The position numbers and the translations under genes were made by a program. The notes under the pieces were generated by a model. It saw only the letters and a list, made by a program, of their open reading frames with translations, searched no databases and was not told where the DNA came from. From assembly GCA_964436545.1 (NCBI GenBank), contig CAYTCJ010000003.1:70041-134040 (forward strand): 64,000 nt of DNA. The letters are read 5' to 3'. Numbering within the stretch: position 1 is the first letter of the stretch; each line of letters starts with the position of its first letter. The stretch comes from an uncultured Candidatus Saccharibacteria bacterium. GTDB taxonomy: Bacteria > Patescibacteriota > Doudnabacteria > UBA920. Below are positions 44,720 to 54,037 of the stretch, piece by piece.

Positions 44720-44792
44720 TATGTTAAATTAGGATTTTGGTTGGACGTGGGGATAAATTAGGTATAAATAATTTCTTAAGAATCCATTAATA

Positions 44793-45503
44793 CTAGACCT
44801 CAGAAATATTGGTAAAAATTTGGTAGTGTTTGGTTTTAACCACTCCCGCAATGGGTAAGTGGTTAATTTGCGCTTGACCGGCCAACAATTCTTTAAATTT
44901 GGCCTGTTTTTCTGATCCGCAAATAAATACAATGGCTTCATCAATATATTTAAATAAATTAAAAGTTGCGGTTACCCGTTCCGGGTATTTATGGGTGGTG
45001 TCCGCGCGGTATGCGGTAATGAGGTGTGAATTTTCAAAAGCAGTTTCAAAAAATTTAACGTCTGAACTGGGGAAAATGCCGGCGGTGTGGCCATCGGGCC
45101 CCATACCCAGAGTGGCGAAAACTTTACCTTGAGGGTGTTGATTTAGCCAATTGGTAATCCCAATTTCCAAACGGGTTTGCATGTCGTTTAGGTTTTCGTT
45201 TAAGCGGGGGAGCGTGCCAATAAAATTAGCATTGGCATTTAAGGCTAAAGTATAAAAATCTAATTTTTGAAGCTGTAAAAAATTATTGGCTTCAGGTTCT
45301 TGGCTAAAGCGTTCATCGAGCAGAGTAATGGTTAAATTTTCACCCATGCTGGATGCATCAATAAAATCTAAAATGGAAAAAGCCGATCCGGCAGAAAGTA
45401 AAAGTAAAATGGGGCTGGATTTATTCTCGGCTAATAATTTATTTAAAGCTTCACCGGCGCCGGCCGTAGCTTCGGCTTGGCTTTGAAATTTATTTATTTT
45501 CAT
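44793..45503 (-). CDS. 6-phosphogluconolactonase-family protein
   Basis: LLLLSAGSA, LDERF, LGMGPDGHTAGIFP and ERVT motifs. Confidence 0.85.
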   Translation of the reverse strand: MKINKFQSQAEATAGAGEALNKLLAENKSSPILLLLSAGSAFSILDFIDASSMGENLTITLLDERFSQEPEANNFLQLQKLDFYTLALNANANFIGTLPRLNENLNDMQTRLEIGITNWLNQHPQGKVFATLGMGPDGHTAGIFPSSDVKFFETAFENSHLITAYRADTTHKYPERVTATFNLFKYIDEAIVFICGSEKQAKFKELLAGQAQINHLPIAGVVKTKHYQIFTNISEV

Positions 45504-45543
45504 AAAATGATTCTAGCATTATTTTATTTTTTTGGAAAATAAA

Positions 45544-45578
45544 AAACCCGCCCCGCAAAAAGCGGGGCAGGGTGGGTT
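45544..45578 (-). terminator. Terminator of the cold-shock gene
   Basis: gccccgc-aaaaa-gcggggc stem with an A-tract on the + strand (U-tract on the minus strand). Confidence 0.7.
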
Positions 45579-45588
45579 ACAAGAGAAA

Positions 45589-45786
45589 TTAAGCTCTTTG
45601 TACGTTTACCGCATTAGGACCTTTGGGAGATTGTTCTACTTCAAAGCTTACTTGGTCGCCTTCGTTGAGTTCTTCAAACGAAACGCCAACTAAAGCTTTG
45701 CTATGGAAGAACACGTCTTTATCCATACCTTGAGAGGTAATGAAACCAAAGCCTTTATCGGTTTTCTTTTTAATTACGCCGTTCAT
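45589..45786 (-). CDS. Cold-shock domain protein
   Basis: KGFGFI, DVFFH and KGPNAVNV. Confidence 0.95.
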   Translation of the reverse strand: MNGVIKKKTDKGFGFITSQGMDKDVFFHSKALVGVSFEELNEGDQVSFEVEQSPKGPNAVNVQRA

Positions 45787-45951
45787 AGTGTGTAAAAAAT
45801 TAGATTAATGAAAAAATGTATTTGTGAAACTCGACTACTTTTCTAAATAAATTTTGCTTAGATAGTATAACAAACTGGCTGAATAATAGCAAATGCTATT
45901 TTGGTTTTAAAATTATAAATTTTAACCTTGTTTATTTTAGTGAGTGGTTCG

Positions 45952-46362
45952 TGGTGGAGATGCCGGGAGTTTAACCCGGGTCCAACATTTATCTATCTTT
46001 TTATTCTTCACAAGCTTAGTTAGCTTAATATCCGCCAAAGGCGGACTTTAATGTTTGTTAGCTAACCAAACAACATTAAAGTTGATTTAGAATGCCTTAG
46101 GTATGTTAGTCTAAATCATGCCAACATATCGCATCCCAAAATAAGCTTGGGGATCTTTTCTTTGGGAGAAGAAAAGGCCAAGTGTTGTTACCTATTAGGC
46201 TACAACAGGAACTAAATCGGCAGCTTTAAAGGCGGCAACGACTTTGTTCCAAGAGTTTTCTATAGCATTTATAGATGCTTGGGGTAGTTTAACGAGATAG
46301 TCCAAGCTTGCTCGTCTTGCATATAAAAAGATGTCAAAGTGCTGTCAAAAACCGTCATCCCC
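45952..46362 (-). ncRNA. ssrA: tmRNA
   Basis: 5' GGGGAUG pairs with 3' CAUCUCC-ACCA including G3:U; T-arm ccggg-ttaaact-cccgg; tag frame AIENSWNKVVAAFKAADLVPVVA followed by two stops; smpB 4 kb away. Confidence 0.93.
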
Positions 46363-46486
46363 ATAAACCATTGGCATAGTATCAAGTTTTAGGTTTAAAT
46401 GCAATGGTTCTATGGTATAAATTTGATTTTTTGGGTTATAATTTATTATAATAATTAATATAAATTATTAAACTTAATTAATAGTT

Positions 46487-47053
46487 ATGCACACACCAGA
46501 GCAACCAGAAGATTGGAGAAAGGTAGCTAATGTAAACGAAGCTATCATAACAGCCAAAATGCCTTATTTGTTAAGTTTTGGCGACAATGTTGCGGTTAGT
46601 AATTTGCAAGATGGGAGAATAGTTTTAGTCGGTGCAAATAAATATGGAAATGAACATGTAGTTTACAGATATAATCCACAAGCTCAAACAGCGGAATTAA
46701 TAGCCGATGATACCAGAATTCAAAGAGGTGGGGAGTTAGCTAAGCAATTAATTGACTCAAAGGATTTTAACCATTATATGGAACCTGAGCAGGCTTTTGG
46801 GATACTGGCTAATTTAATGGGTACTCCGGTAGAGCAAGTGAAACTCATGTTTCCAAAGGCTACTAATTACAACCAAATTTTATTAAGTAGAGCTGTAGAT
46901 AGTTTGAAAATCGGAATTAATTTTAATTTGCCAGATCAACCAGGGTTAATGTCTTGCATATATGATTATCATTTAAATACCGGAGTGCTAGAATATGTTT
47001 ACAGTAATAATGGGCAAGGCAACGTTTGGGCTAAGTGGAATGACGGTAAGTAA
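46487..47053 (+). CDS. Hypothetical protein
   Basis: 188-aa AT-rich ORF with no recognised motif. Confidence 0.7.
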   Translation: MHTPEQPEDWRKVANVNEAIITAKMPYLLSFGDNVAVSNLQDGRIVLVGANKYGNEHVVYRYNPQAQTAELIADDTRIQRGGELAKQLIDSKDFNHYMEPEQAFGILANLMGTPVEQVKLMFPKATNYNQILLSRAVDSLKIGINFNLPDQPGLMSCIYDYHLNTGVLEYVYSNNGQGNVWAKWNDGK

Positions 47054-47140
47054 ATGAGCAAAATTTTATTTGCTTTAAAAATGGCTTTTTGCTACTATTT
47101 GTCAATCATGCTCACAGCATGAAATCAAATGGAGGTGGCT

Positions 47141-47770
47141 ATGAGAGCCATTTTTTTATTGCTCTTTTTTCTGCCTCCGCTTGAAACGCTGTGGGCAGAA
47201 GAAATTTTTAGGACTGAAACCGAAATTCAGTCCGCCCCCGGGCTTGAGCGGTTCGGGGTTTCGCAGTTTTTCTGGTTTACTCATAAACCAGCCACCCATT
47301 CACGTTTCGCTTTCGGTGCGAACGTGCGGTATTTTAGGTTCAGTCCTACGAACCGCGCGGAGTTCACGGCAAGCGGGACTATGTACCTAAAGACCGGATT
47401 CATTAATTTGAATCCGAGCCGAACCACGGACGGTCGTTATACGACCGCCGTAGTGCTCGGCTATCGGTGGGGGAAGAAGTGGTCAGCGGTGGCGCTCGCT
47501 GACCCAAAATGGCGCCACAGTAAAACGCGCCCGAATACGATTTTTAGCAAGGCGACCTTTGGCCGAGGTCCCTTGCACGTTCGCGCCGAGAATTTCCACG
47601 TGGCAGGAAACCACGTGAGTAGTTATCTCGGCGTCGAGGTACGGAAAAAATTCGCCAACCATTATGAGGTCTTCGCTTCGCCGATGATCTCTTTGATTGG
47701 CAAAAACCGGTTAGTTCTGCAATTCGGCCTCAGGACTAATTGGCAAACCTACACCGGCAAAACGAAGTAG
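47141..47770 (+). CDS. GC-richer secreted protein, beta-barrel-like
   Basis: Signal peptide ending LWA; alternating amphipathic aromatic-rich strands. ATG 47141 follows GGAGGT; ATG 47129 is the alternative start. Confidence 0.7.
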   Translation: MRAIFLLLFFLPPLETLWAEEIFRTETEIQSAPGLERFGVSQFFWFTHKPATHSRFAFGANVRYFRFSPTNRAEFTASGTMYLKTGFINLNPSRTTDGRYTTAVVLGYRWGKKWSAVALADPKWRHSKTRPNTIFSKATFGRGPLHVRAENFHVAGNHVSSYLGVEVRKKFANHYEVFASPMISLIGKNRLVLQFGLRTNWQTYTGKTK

Positions 47771-47854
47771 CGAGAGGGAGCTAGTCGTTTTGCCGGTTTA
47801 AAATTATCTAAAAAAATTTATTCTGGTATTCTGCAGAATATGAGAATAAGTTTT

Positions 47855-48586
47855 TTATTTTGCGGAATAAAAAGTTTTTAAGTCAAACAATTGATTATTT
47901 AAGTAGACTTCCACGGTTTTAACTTCCGGAAACTGCAAAGCTGTGCCAGAGATTTGTTCAATGACTCTGGGTTCATCACACACGCCCCCAATGCTACCCA
48001 TACTGCCGGTTAAGTAAATTTTGGCAATTGGTCCGGCTAACTCAGCCCTGTCAAAAAATAAAACTTTCTTACCCTCGGTTCTTTGCACGCTATAAATTAT
48101 GTTAGTTAATTCGGTTTCCGGATAAGCGGAGTCGGAAAAAGATTGGGTTTCCAAACCAAATAAAAACTTAAACGCCTCATTTAAAGGTTGGCTCGAGGGG
48201 GATGGGTTGGTTTTAGTTAAATAGACCAGACTGTCATCACAGCCGATTTTTTTGCCCTGTTTGCCATTGTCGCTAAGAGCAATGACTGCCACTTTTGCTT
48301 GATTATTGGTGAAAGTGGTATCGGTAATGCAATCAAATTCAAATGTTTTATACGGTATGCCAAATAAAGTATAAGCAGTAGCTTCTGATTTATGATTTTT
48401 ATTTTTTTCCGTTTGACTTACCACTTTTAAGCTTAAAAGTTTTTGTAATGGATGGTCAAAAAGTAACGAGCCTTCAATTTTTGCGCAGGCGTCCAGCACT
48501 GGATTAACGGATTTAATAAAAAGTTTTGGAATCATTATGCCGGTTAACAATAGGCCAAAGCTAAAGAGTAAAATTGTTTTTTTCAT
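47855..48586 (-). CDS. GerMN-like domain membrane protein
   Basis: IGCDDSLV and GGVCDEPRVIEQISGTALQFPEVKTVEVYLN. Confidence 0.75.
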   Translation of the reverse strand: MKKTILLFSFGLLLTGIMIPKLFIKSVNPVLDACAKIEGSLLFDHPLQKLLSLKVVSQTEKNKNHKSEATAYTLFGIPYKTFEFDCITDTTFTNNQAKVAVIALSDNGKQGKKIGCDDSLVYLTKTNPSPSSQPLNEAFKFLFGLETQSFSDSAYPETELTNIIYSVQRTEGKKVLFFDRAELAGPIAKIYLTGSMGSIGGVCDEPRVIEQISGTALQFPEVKTVEVYLNNQLFDLKTFYSAK

Positions 48587-48589
48587 AAA

Positions 48590-49222
48590 TTAGTTTATTA
48601 TGGCTTTTAAATCTTTTAAATCTTTTTCCGTAATATCCCACTCGTAAACATCGCAATTAGCCACATCTTTGAGTAAGTTTTGGGATTGGTGAAAAATTCT
48701 AATGACTTCGGGAAAATAAAATAATAAATTCCGAATCACCCCGCCGTGGGTAATAATGCCAATATGATGATGGTCGTAATTGAGAGCTAAATCTAACACA
48801 CCGGCCAGCACCCTTTGGCTCACTTGCCCGGCGCTTTCCCCGCCAAAACTGCGGTAATCGTATGTTTGTTTGGTTTCCAGTTCGTCAAAATCCGGCACTA
48901 AAGTTTTAATTTCGGCTAAAGTTTTGCCGGAAAGCGAACCAAAATCACGTTCGCGAAACCGGTGGTCATACAGCACCGGTACGGAATTTTTTAAACTTTG
49001 TTTTAAATAGGCCGTGGTTTCTTCGGCTCGGCGTAAGTGCGACGTAATTAATAAGTCCAAATCCAAATACTTAACTACGGGAATTAAAAAATGTTGAATA
49101 TCGGCAATGCCCTGACTGCTTAAATATTCGTCGATTTTTACGCCTTGTTTGATATTTAAAAGATTGCTCGGCGTTTGAGCGTGACGAATAAAAAATAAAG
49201 TGGTTTTGTCTCTAATAACCAT
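48590..49222 (-). CDS. Histidine phosphatase family protein
   Basis: FIRHAQT, SHLRRAEET, RERDFG and ITHGGVIR. Confidence 0.92.
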   Translation of the reverse strand: MVIRDKTTLFFIRHAQTPSNLLNIKQGVKIDEYLSSQGIADIQHFLIPVVKYLDLDLLITSHLRRAEETTAYLKQSLKNSVPVLYDHRFRERDFGSLSGKTLAEIKTLVPDFDELETKQTYDYRSFGGESAGQVSQRVLAGVLDLALNYDHHHIGIITHGGVIRNLLFYFPEVIRIFHQSQNLLKDVANCDVYEWDITEKDLKDLKAIIN

Positions 49223-49227
49223 AAAGT

Positions 49228-49479
49228 TTAGGCAATGAGTTTTTTGGCGGTGCGGGCGGTGGCTTGAGCTAAAACTTTCACTTGTTTTTCGGTAGCTTTA
49301 AAATCTTGGCGATAGTATTCTACGTCTTTCACAATTTTTTTGAGTTCGTTTTCCGCCAAATGCGCCATATGTTTGAGGCGCTTAAAAATTTTTATGACAT
49401 AATAAAACACCATAAGCCATAACAAGCACACGGCAATAATTGCAACGGAGATGACGGTGTAAAAAGTATTTTCTGTCAT
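49228..49479 (-). CDS. Small membrane protein
   Basis: N-terminal TM helix then a coiled coil; tightly packed in the operon. Confidence 0.7.
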   Translation of the reverse strand: MTENTFYTVISVAIIAVCLLWLMVFYYVIKIFKRLKHMAHLAENELKKIVKDVEYYRQDFKATEKQVKVLAQATARTAKKLIA

Positions 49480-49500
49480 AGGGGTATTTTACCACATTTT

Positions 49501-50046
49501 TTATTTTGGCGTGTATTTGTTAATGAGTTCTTTTAAAATTTGCTCATACTGTTTACGAATAGTCGGATCTGAGCCGATTTCCAAAACTTCATCGTTTAAA
49601 TTGGTGGCAGAAGCTGTCCAGTTAAAACTTCCGCTGGCATATTGTTTTTCTGTCACTAAAGCTTTTAAATGCATAATGGCACTGTGGTCGTGCTCAAAAA
49701 CCGGAATGCCCGCATTTTTAAGTTCCGTGACAATTTTATTTTGCAGTTCTATGTCGCGGGTTTGTTTTTTATCTACCACGCCAATTATTTTAACGCCTCG
49801 GTATTGGGCGGCTAAGAGGGCGTCTTTAATGTCTAAGCGAGTAAAAGTGTAAATGGCAAAATACACATACTCATTTGCCTCTCTAATTACCTGAATAATT
49901 GCTTTGTTGAGTTGGTGGTCCTGATTATAAAAGACTTGAACTTCTCTTTGTGGTAAATAGCGGTGAGTGTAATAGACTTGAGCCGAGAAGGCAATTAGTA
50001 AAATAATTACCGCTATGTAAATTTTTTCTTTGTGTTTCGGAGCCAT
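49501..50046 (-). CDS. Membrane-anchored phospholipase D/Nuc-like protein
   Basis: AIYTFT and MHLKALVTE...SGSFNWT (HKD variant), NDE. Confidence 0.85.
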   Translation of the reverse strand: MAPKHKEKIYIAVIILLIAFSAQVYYTHRYLPQREVQVFYNQDHQLNKAIIQVIREANEYVYFAIYTFTRLDIKDALLAAQYRGVKIIGVVDKKQTRDIELQNKIVTELKNAGIPVFEHDHSAIMHLKALVTEKQYASGSFNWTASATNLNDEVLEIGSDPTIRKQYEQILKELINKYTPK

Positions 50047-50056
50047 ATTATAGTGC

Positions 50057-50105
50057 TGTCATTCCGAATCCTGATATCCATCAGGACAAGTTTATTTCGG
50101 AATCT
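50057..50105 (+). repeat. GTCATT-type REP, left flank of GIY-YIG gene
   Basis: tgtcattccgaa...ttcggaatct with nested tcctgat-atcc-atcagga. Confidence 0.8.
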
Positions 50106-50110
50106 AAAAA

Positions 50111-50398
50111 TTAAATAATTTTATTATATAAATCGTCCCAATTGGGATTTAGTGATTCAATCAAATTTATTTTCCAGTTTCTGTGCCAATTTTTTAATTG
50201 TTTTTCTCTTAAGATTGCCGATTCAACATTTTCAGTCATTTCATAATAGACTAATTTATGAAGTTTGTATTTTTTTGTGAATCCTTCCACTATATTATTT
50301 TTATGTTCATAAACTCTTCTAATTAGATTGTTTGTGACCCCAACATAAAGCACCCCTAAAGGTTTATTGCTTAGCATATAAATGTAATAAGTTTTCAT
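50111..50398 (-). CDS. GIY-YIG nuclease family protein
   Basis: YYIYML...LYVGVTNNLIRRVYEHK and AILREKQLKNWHRNWKINLIE. Confidence 0.95.
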   Translation of the reverse strand: MKTYYIYMLSNKPLGVLYVGVTNNLIRRVYEHKNNIVEGFTKKYKLHKLVYYEMTENVESAILREKQLKNWHRNWKINLIESLNPNWDDLYNKII

Positions 50399-50418
50399 GT
50401 TTTTATTTTATAAAAGAT

Positions 50419-50445
50419 AGATTCTGAAACAAGTTCAGAATGACA
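50419..50445 (-). repeat. GTCATT-type REP, right flank of GIY-YIG gene
   Basis: agattctgaaacaagttcagaatgaca, inverted relative to the left copy. Confidence 0.85.
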
Positions 50446-50450
50446 GAGTA

Positions 50451-50882
50451 TTAGAATGTTTTCCTAATTTCTCTTTCCATATCTCGTTTTTTTATGGTTT
50501 CGCGTTTGTCCGTTTGCTTTTTGGCTTTGCCAATGCCCAGTTTGATTTTTAGCCAACCTTTGGGCGTAGTAAAAATTTCCAAAGGCACAATCACCAAACC
50601 TTTTTCTTTGCCCAATAATTCGTTGATTTCTTTTTGTTGTAAAAGCAATTTACGGGTTTGGGTGGGGTTGTAGCCGGTTTGGTGAGCGTATTTGTAAGCT
50701 CCAATATGAGCATTGATTAAATTGACGGAATTGTTTGCCGTGGTTACATAAGCGCCAATTAAAGACACATTGCCGTTTTTTATACTTTTGACTTCTGCGC
50801 CGGTTAATACCAAACCTGCCACGAAAGTGTTTTTAATTTCGTAGTCAAAATAAGCTCGTTTGTTGGTTGCTAATGTGGACAT
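50451..50882 (-). CDS. smpB: SsrA-binding protein
   Basis: NKRAYFDYEI, AGLVLTGAEVKSI, RKLLL and DKRETIKKR. Confidence 0.97.
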   Translation of the reverse strand: MSTLATNKRAYFDYEIKNTFVAGLVLTGAEVKSIKNGNVSLIGAYVTTANNSVNLINAHIGAYKYAHQTGYNPTQTRKLLLQQKEINELLGKEKGLVIVPLEIFTTPKGWLKIKLGIGKAKKQTDKRETIKKRDMEREIRKTF

Positions 50883-50944
50883 GATTTAAAATCCTAACCG
50901 TAATATGCTATAATGAATATAAATTCATTAAAGTAGTCTATTTT

Positions 50945-51238
50945 ATGCCAAGAATAACACATGGCGAAACTTATGGTACTGAGGTGGGGATTAATTTAGA
51001 AGTTATTCGTAAAGAATTAGCCAGATTGGGCGGAAAGGATGCAGAGGTACAGTTGCGTTACAAATTGGCTGAAACCGGTGATTACGGCAAGGGTCCTTTT
51101 GTGTTAGTAGATGTGAGATTTCCTAAATTTCCTAAAGGTATGGGGCAGACCACATTAGGCGGTATTGCGGTTTTTAAAAATAGTTCTGGTAAGTCTTTTG
51201 AGCTTTCCAGTTCGTATTTGTTACCAATCCCAAAATAA
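50945..51238 (+). CDS. Hypothetical protein
   Basis: 97-aa ORF with TGCTATAAT upstream; no recognised motif. Confidence 0.6.
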   Translation: MPRITHGETYGTEVGINLEVIRKELARLGGKDAEVQLRYKLAETGDYGKGPFVLVDVRFPKFPKGMGQTTLGGIAVFKNSSGKSFELSSSYLLPIPK

Positions 51239-51298
51239 TATATATAGTTTACCTTGTTTCACCTTTTTTGTCATATTATGTTATAATAAACTCAACTT

Positions 51299-53017
51299 AT
51301 GAGTGAAACAGGGAAAAATTTTTTAGAACAGCTAATAAAAAAAAGTATTGCTGAACTGGGTTTTACTGCGCCGAAATTTGAAGTTTTTCGGCCAGATTTT
51401 AATTTTGGGGATTTTTCCACCAATGTGGCTTTGGTGTTGGCTAAAACCGCTAAGCAAAACCCCATGCAATTAGCTGAACAAATTATTGAAAAGTTAAAAA
51501 TTTTTGATACTCACCACAACTTTATTATTACCCCAAAGGGCGGATTTATAAATTTTGCTTTAACCTTAAAACCGTTAATGCAAAATCTACAAGCCATTTT
51601 GGCTCAGCAGGCCAGCTTTGGTGCTGGTGAACTGGGCAAGGGGCATAAGGTATTAGTAGAGTATTTTCAACCGAATATTGCCAAGCCTTTGCATTTAGGC
51701 CATATAGAAAATGCCATTGTGGGTGACAGTTTATTTAAATTTTTTCAGTTTAGCGGGTTTAGGCCTGAGTCCGATACGCATTTGGGCGATTGGGGAACGC
51801 AGTTTGGGTTATTGCTTTTAGCTTTTAAAAAATATGGGGATATTAAAATTATTGAAACCCATCCGATATTGGAATTAAATAAACTGTATGTGCAAATTAA
51901 TGCAGAGGCGGAAACTCATCCGGAAGTAAGAGAATTGGGCAAGGCGGAATTTGTAAAGTTGGAACAGGGCGACGAGGAGAACCGAGCTTTATGGAAAAAA
52001 TTTAAAGCTTACAGTTGGCAGGAATTTGAGTTTGTCTATTCCGATTTGGGTATTAGGCGGGCCGATCACGACTGGCCGGAAAGTTTTTTTGAGGACAAAA
52101 TGCCTCATGTGCTGGAAAAATTAAAACAAGCCGGTTTATTGGTGGAATCCCAAGGCGCACAAATTGTAAATTTGGAAGCTCATAATTTAGGCATTGCTTT
52201 ACTAGTTAAGAGTGATGGGGGGACTACTTATTTATTGAGAGATTTGGCTACTTTAATTTTTAGAAAACAGCAAGGGTTTACCAAGCAGTACTATGTGGTA
52301 GATGTAAGACAAAGCCACACTTTAAAACAGACATTTAAAATTATTGAGTTGTTGGGCGCCATTGGGCCAGCGGAAGCTGTGCATGTGGCGTATGGATTTT
52401 TAACTTTACCCGAAGGTGCCATGAGTACCAGAAAAGGCACCATTGTGAATGCCCATGAATTTGTGGCCGGAGTAAAAGCCGAAGCACAAAAAATTATTCA
52501 AGCCAAAAATCCCGACTTGCCTCAGCAAGATCAAGTTGCCAAGCAGGTGGCGGTGGGAGCGATTAAATACTTTATTTTATCGCACAACATTAAAAGTGAT
52601 ATTGTATTTGACCCCAAACAAGCCATTACGTTTGATGGTAATACCGGACCGTATTTGCAATACACTCACGCGAGAATTTATGGGGTACTAAGAAAAGCGA
52701 ATGTTCAGCTCATAACTTTGGTAGACCCTGCCTACACGCCGGAAGTTTTAAGTGCCTATGAATTAACAGTGTTAAGAAAATTGGAGCAATTTCCGGAAAT
52801 AGTGGAGCGTTCGGCCGAGGAGTTATTGCCTAACTTAACCGCAAATTATTTATTTGAGTTAGCGCAAATGTTTAACAGTTTTTACCAGAACGTTTCCATT
52901 TTGCAAGAACCGGATGCGTCATTAAAAACTTTTCGCTTAAGTCTAATTTCCGCCACGGCGCAGGTGCTGAAAAACGGTTTAAATTTATTAGGTATAGAAG
53001 CGCCGGAGGAAATGTAG
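51299..53017 (+). CDS. argS: Arginine--tRNA ligase
   Basis: PNIAKPLHLGH, GDWGTQFG, MSTRKG, GPYLQYTHAR and C-terminal PEEM. Confidence 0.97.
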   Translation: MSETGKNFLEQLIKKSIAELGFTAPKFEVFRPDFNFGDFSTNVALVLAKTAKQNPMQLAEQIIEKLKIFDTHHNFIITPKGGFINFALTLKPLMQNLQAILAQQASFGAGELGKGHKVLVEYFQPNIAKPLHLGHIENAIVGDSLFKFFQFSGFRPESDTHLGDWGTQFGLLLLAFKKYGDIKIIETHPILELNKLYVQINAEAETHPEVRELGKAEFVKLEQGDEENRALWKKFKAYSWQEFEFVYSDLGIRRADHDWPESFFEDKMPHVLEKLKQAGLLVESQGAQIVNLEAHNLGIALLVKSDGGTTYLLRDLATLIFRKQQGFTKQYYVVDVRQSHTLKQTFKIIELLGAIGPAEAVHVAYGFLTLPEGAMSTRKGTIVNAHEFVAGVKAEAQKIIQAKNPDLPQQDQVAKQVAVGAIKYFILSHNIKSDIVFDPKQAITFDGNTGPYLQYTHARIYGVLRKANVQLITLVDPAYTPEVLSAYELTVLRKLEQFPEIVERSAEELLPNLTANYLFELAQMFNSFYQNVSILQEPDASLKTFRLSLISATAQVLKNGLNLLGIEAPEEM

Positions 53018-53049
53018 TAAATGGAATAAAGAATTATGAATGAGGAATT

Positions 53050-53808
53050 ATGACAGCAGAACATCAACCCCCACCAGAGGTTAAAGGCCCAGAAATTTTA
53101 ACCCCAGAAAAAGCGACACGGTTATTGTTTAGGTTATTTTATGTTTCGCAAGGTAATCCGTATTTATTAAGGTATGCTATGGCGTGGGTGCATAACCGGT
53201 ATCCAAATTATAAAATAGCTGAAGAACAAATTAATGATTTATTAACTCAGTTTACACCAAAAGCCCATAGTTATTTACATTCAAGCCCAGGAACCCCATC
53301 GCGTCATGTGGCAGTAGGTCCTAATGAAGAAGGCTTTACAGTTCACCAGGGGGTAACTGATTTGGCTCGGATTCTAAATGCGAATGAAGAGTGGACAGTA
53401 AAAAAATTGGTTGAGGGCGGTTTATTGCCACCTAATTTAAATGTAAAAAAGATAATTAATAAATCTTTAATTGAAAATTTGGCTCGTATAGCGATTGCGC
53501 GTGATCATCATTTTTTAATTACCTTAGGTGGTAGGCCTACGGGTCAAGATAAATTTTTTAGTCAGGTCTGTGGGCATGCATTATTAGAACAACCTTCCGG
53601 CATAGCGGAAACCGATGCATTATTCGAAGCAGTGGGCGAATGTGTAAACGTTCAAATTAGCAATGGAGATTGGAATAGGCATTTTTTCCCTAATTTATAT
53701 GCTATGGTAGATAAATATAATCAGGAACATCCTAATTCTCAGGTAAAATTACCAGAGGGCAGAAGTAATGCGTCAGCACAAAGACCACCAGATTCAATGT
53801 TAGTTTAA
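53050..53808 (+). CDS. Hypothetical protein
   Basis: 252-aa ORF with no recognised motif. Confidence 0.7.
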   Translation: MTAEHQPPPEVKGPEILTPEKATRLLFRLFYVSQGNPYLLRYAMAWVHNRYPNYKIAEEQINDLLTQFTPKAHSYLHSSPGTPSRHVAVGPNEEGFTVHQGVTDLARILNANEEWTVKKLVEGGLLPPNLNVKKIINKSLIENLARIAIARDHHFLITLGGRPTGQDKFFSQVCGHALLEQPSGIAETDALFEAVGECVNVQISNGDWNRHFFPNLYAMVDKYNQEHPNSQVKLPEGRSNASAQRPPDSMLV

Positions 53809-54037
53809 AAAATTCATGAATTTTATAATATGCAAAAGGATGTTCAACAATTAATTAGCAAAGAAGATTATAACAAAATTAAAAAAGCAGTTATAACTCT
53901 TTGCGAATCATAACCGCTCTTATTTTTATGCCCTGCCAAAGGGCGGGGACGAGGCTGAGTCTATTTATAGACATATAAAAATGTAGAAGTATAAGTTTTG
54001 TCAAGAGTCAGATTTTCGTTTAAAATATAAAAACTAT

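Noticed and set aside
45952-45985. Stand-alone tRNA or a phage attachment-site duplicate
   Set aside because: It pairs with the 5' end at 46362 as the tRNA-like domain of tmRNA, and I saw no second copy.
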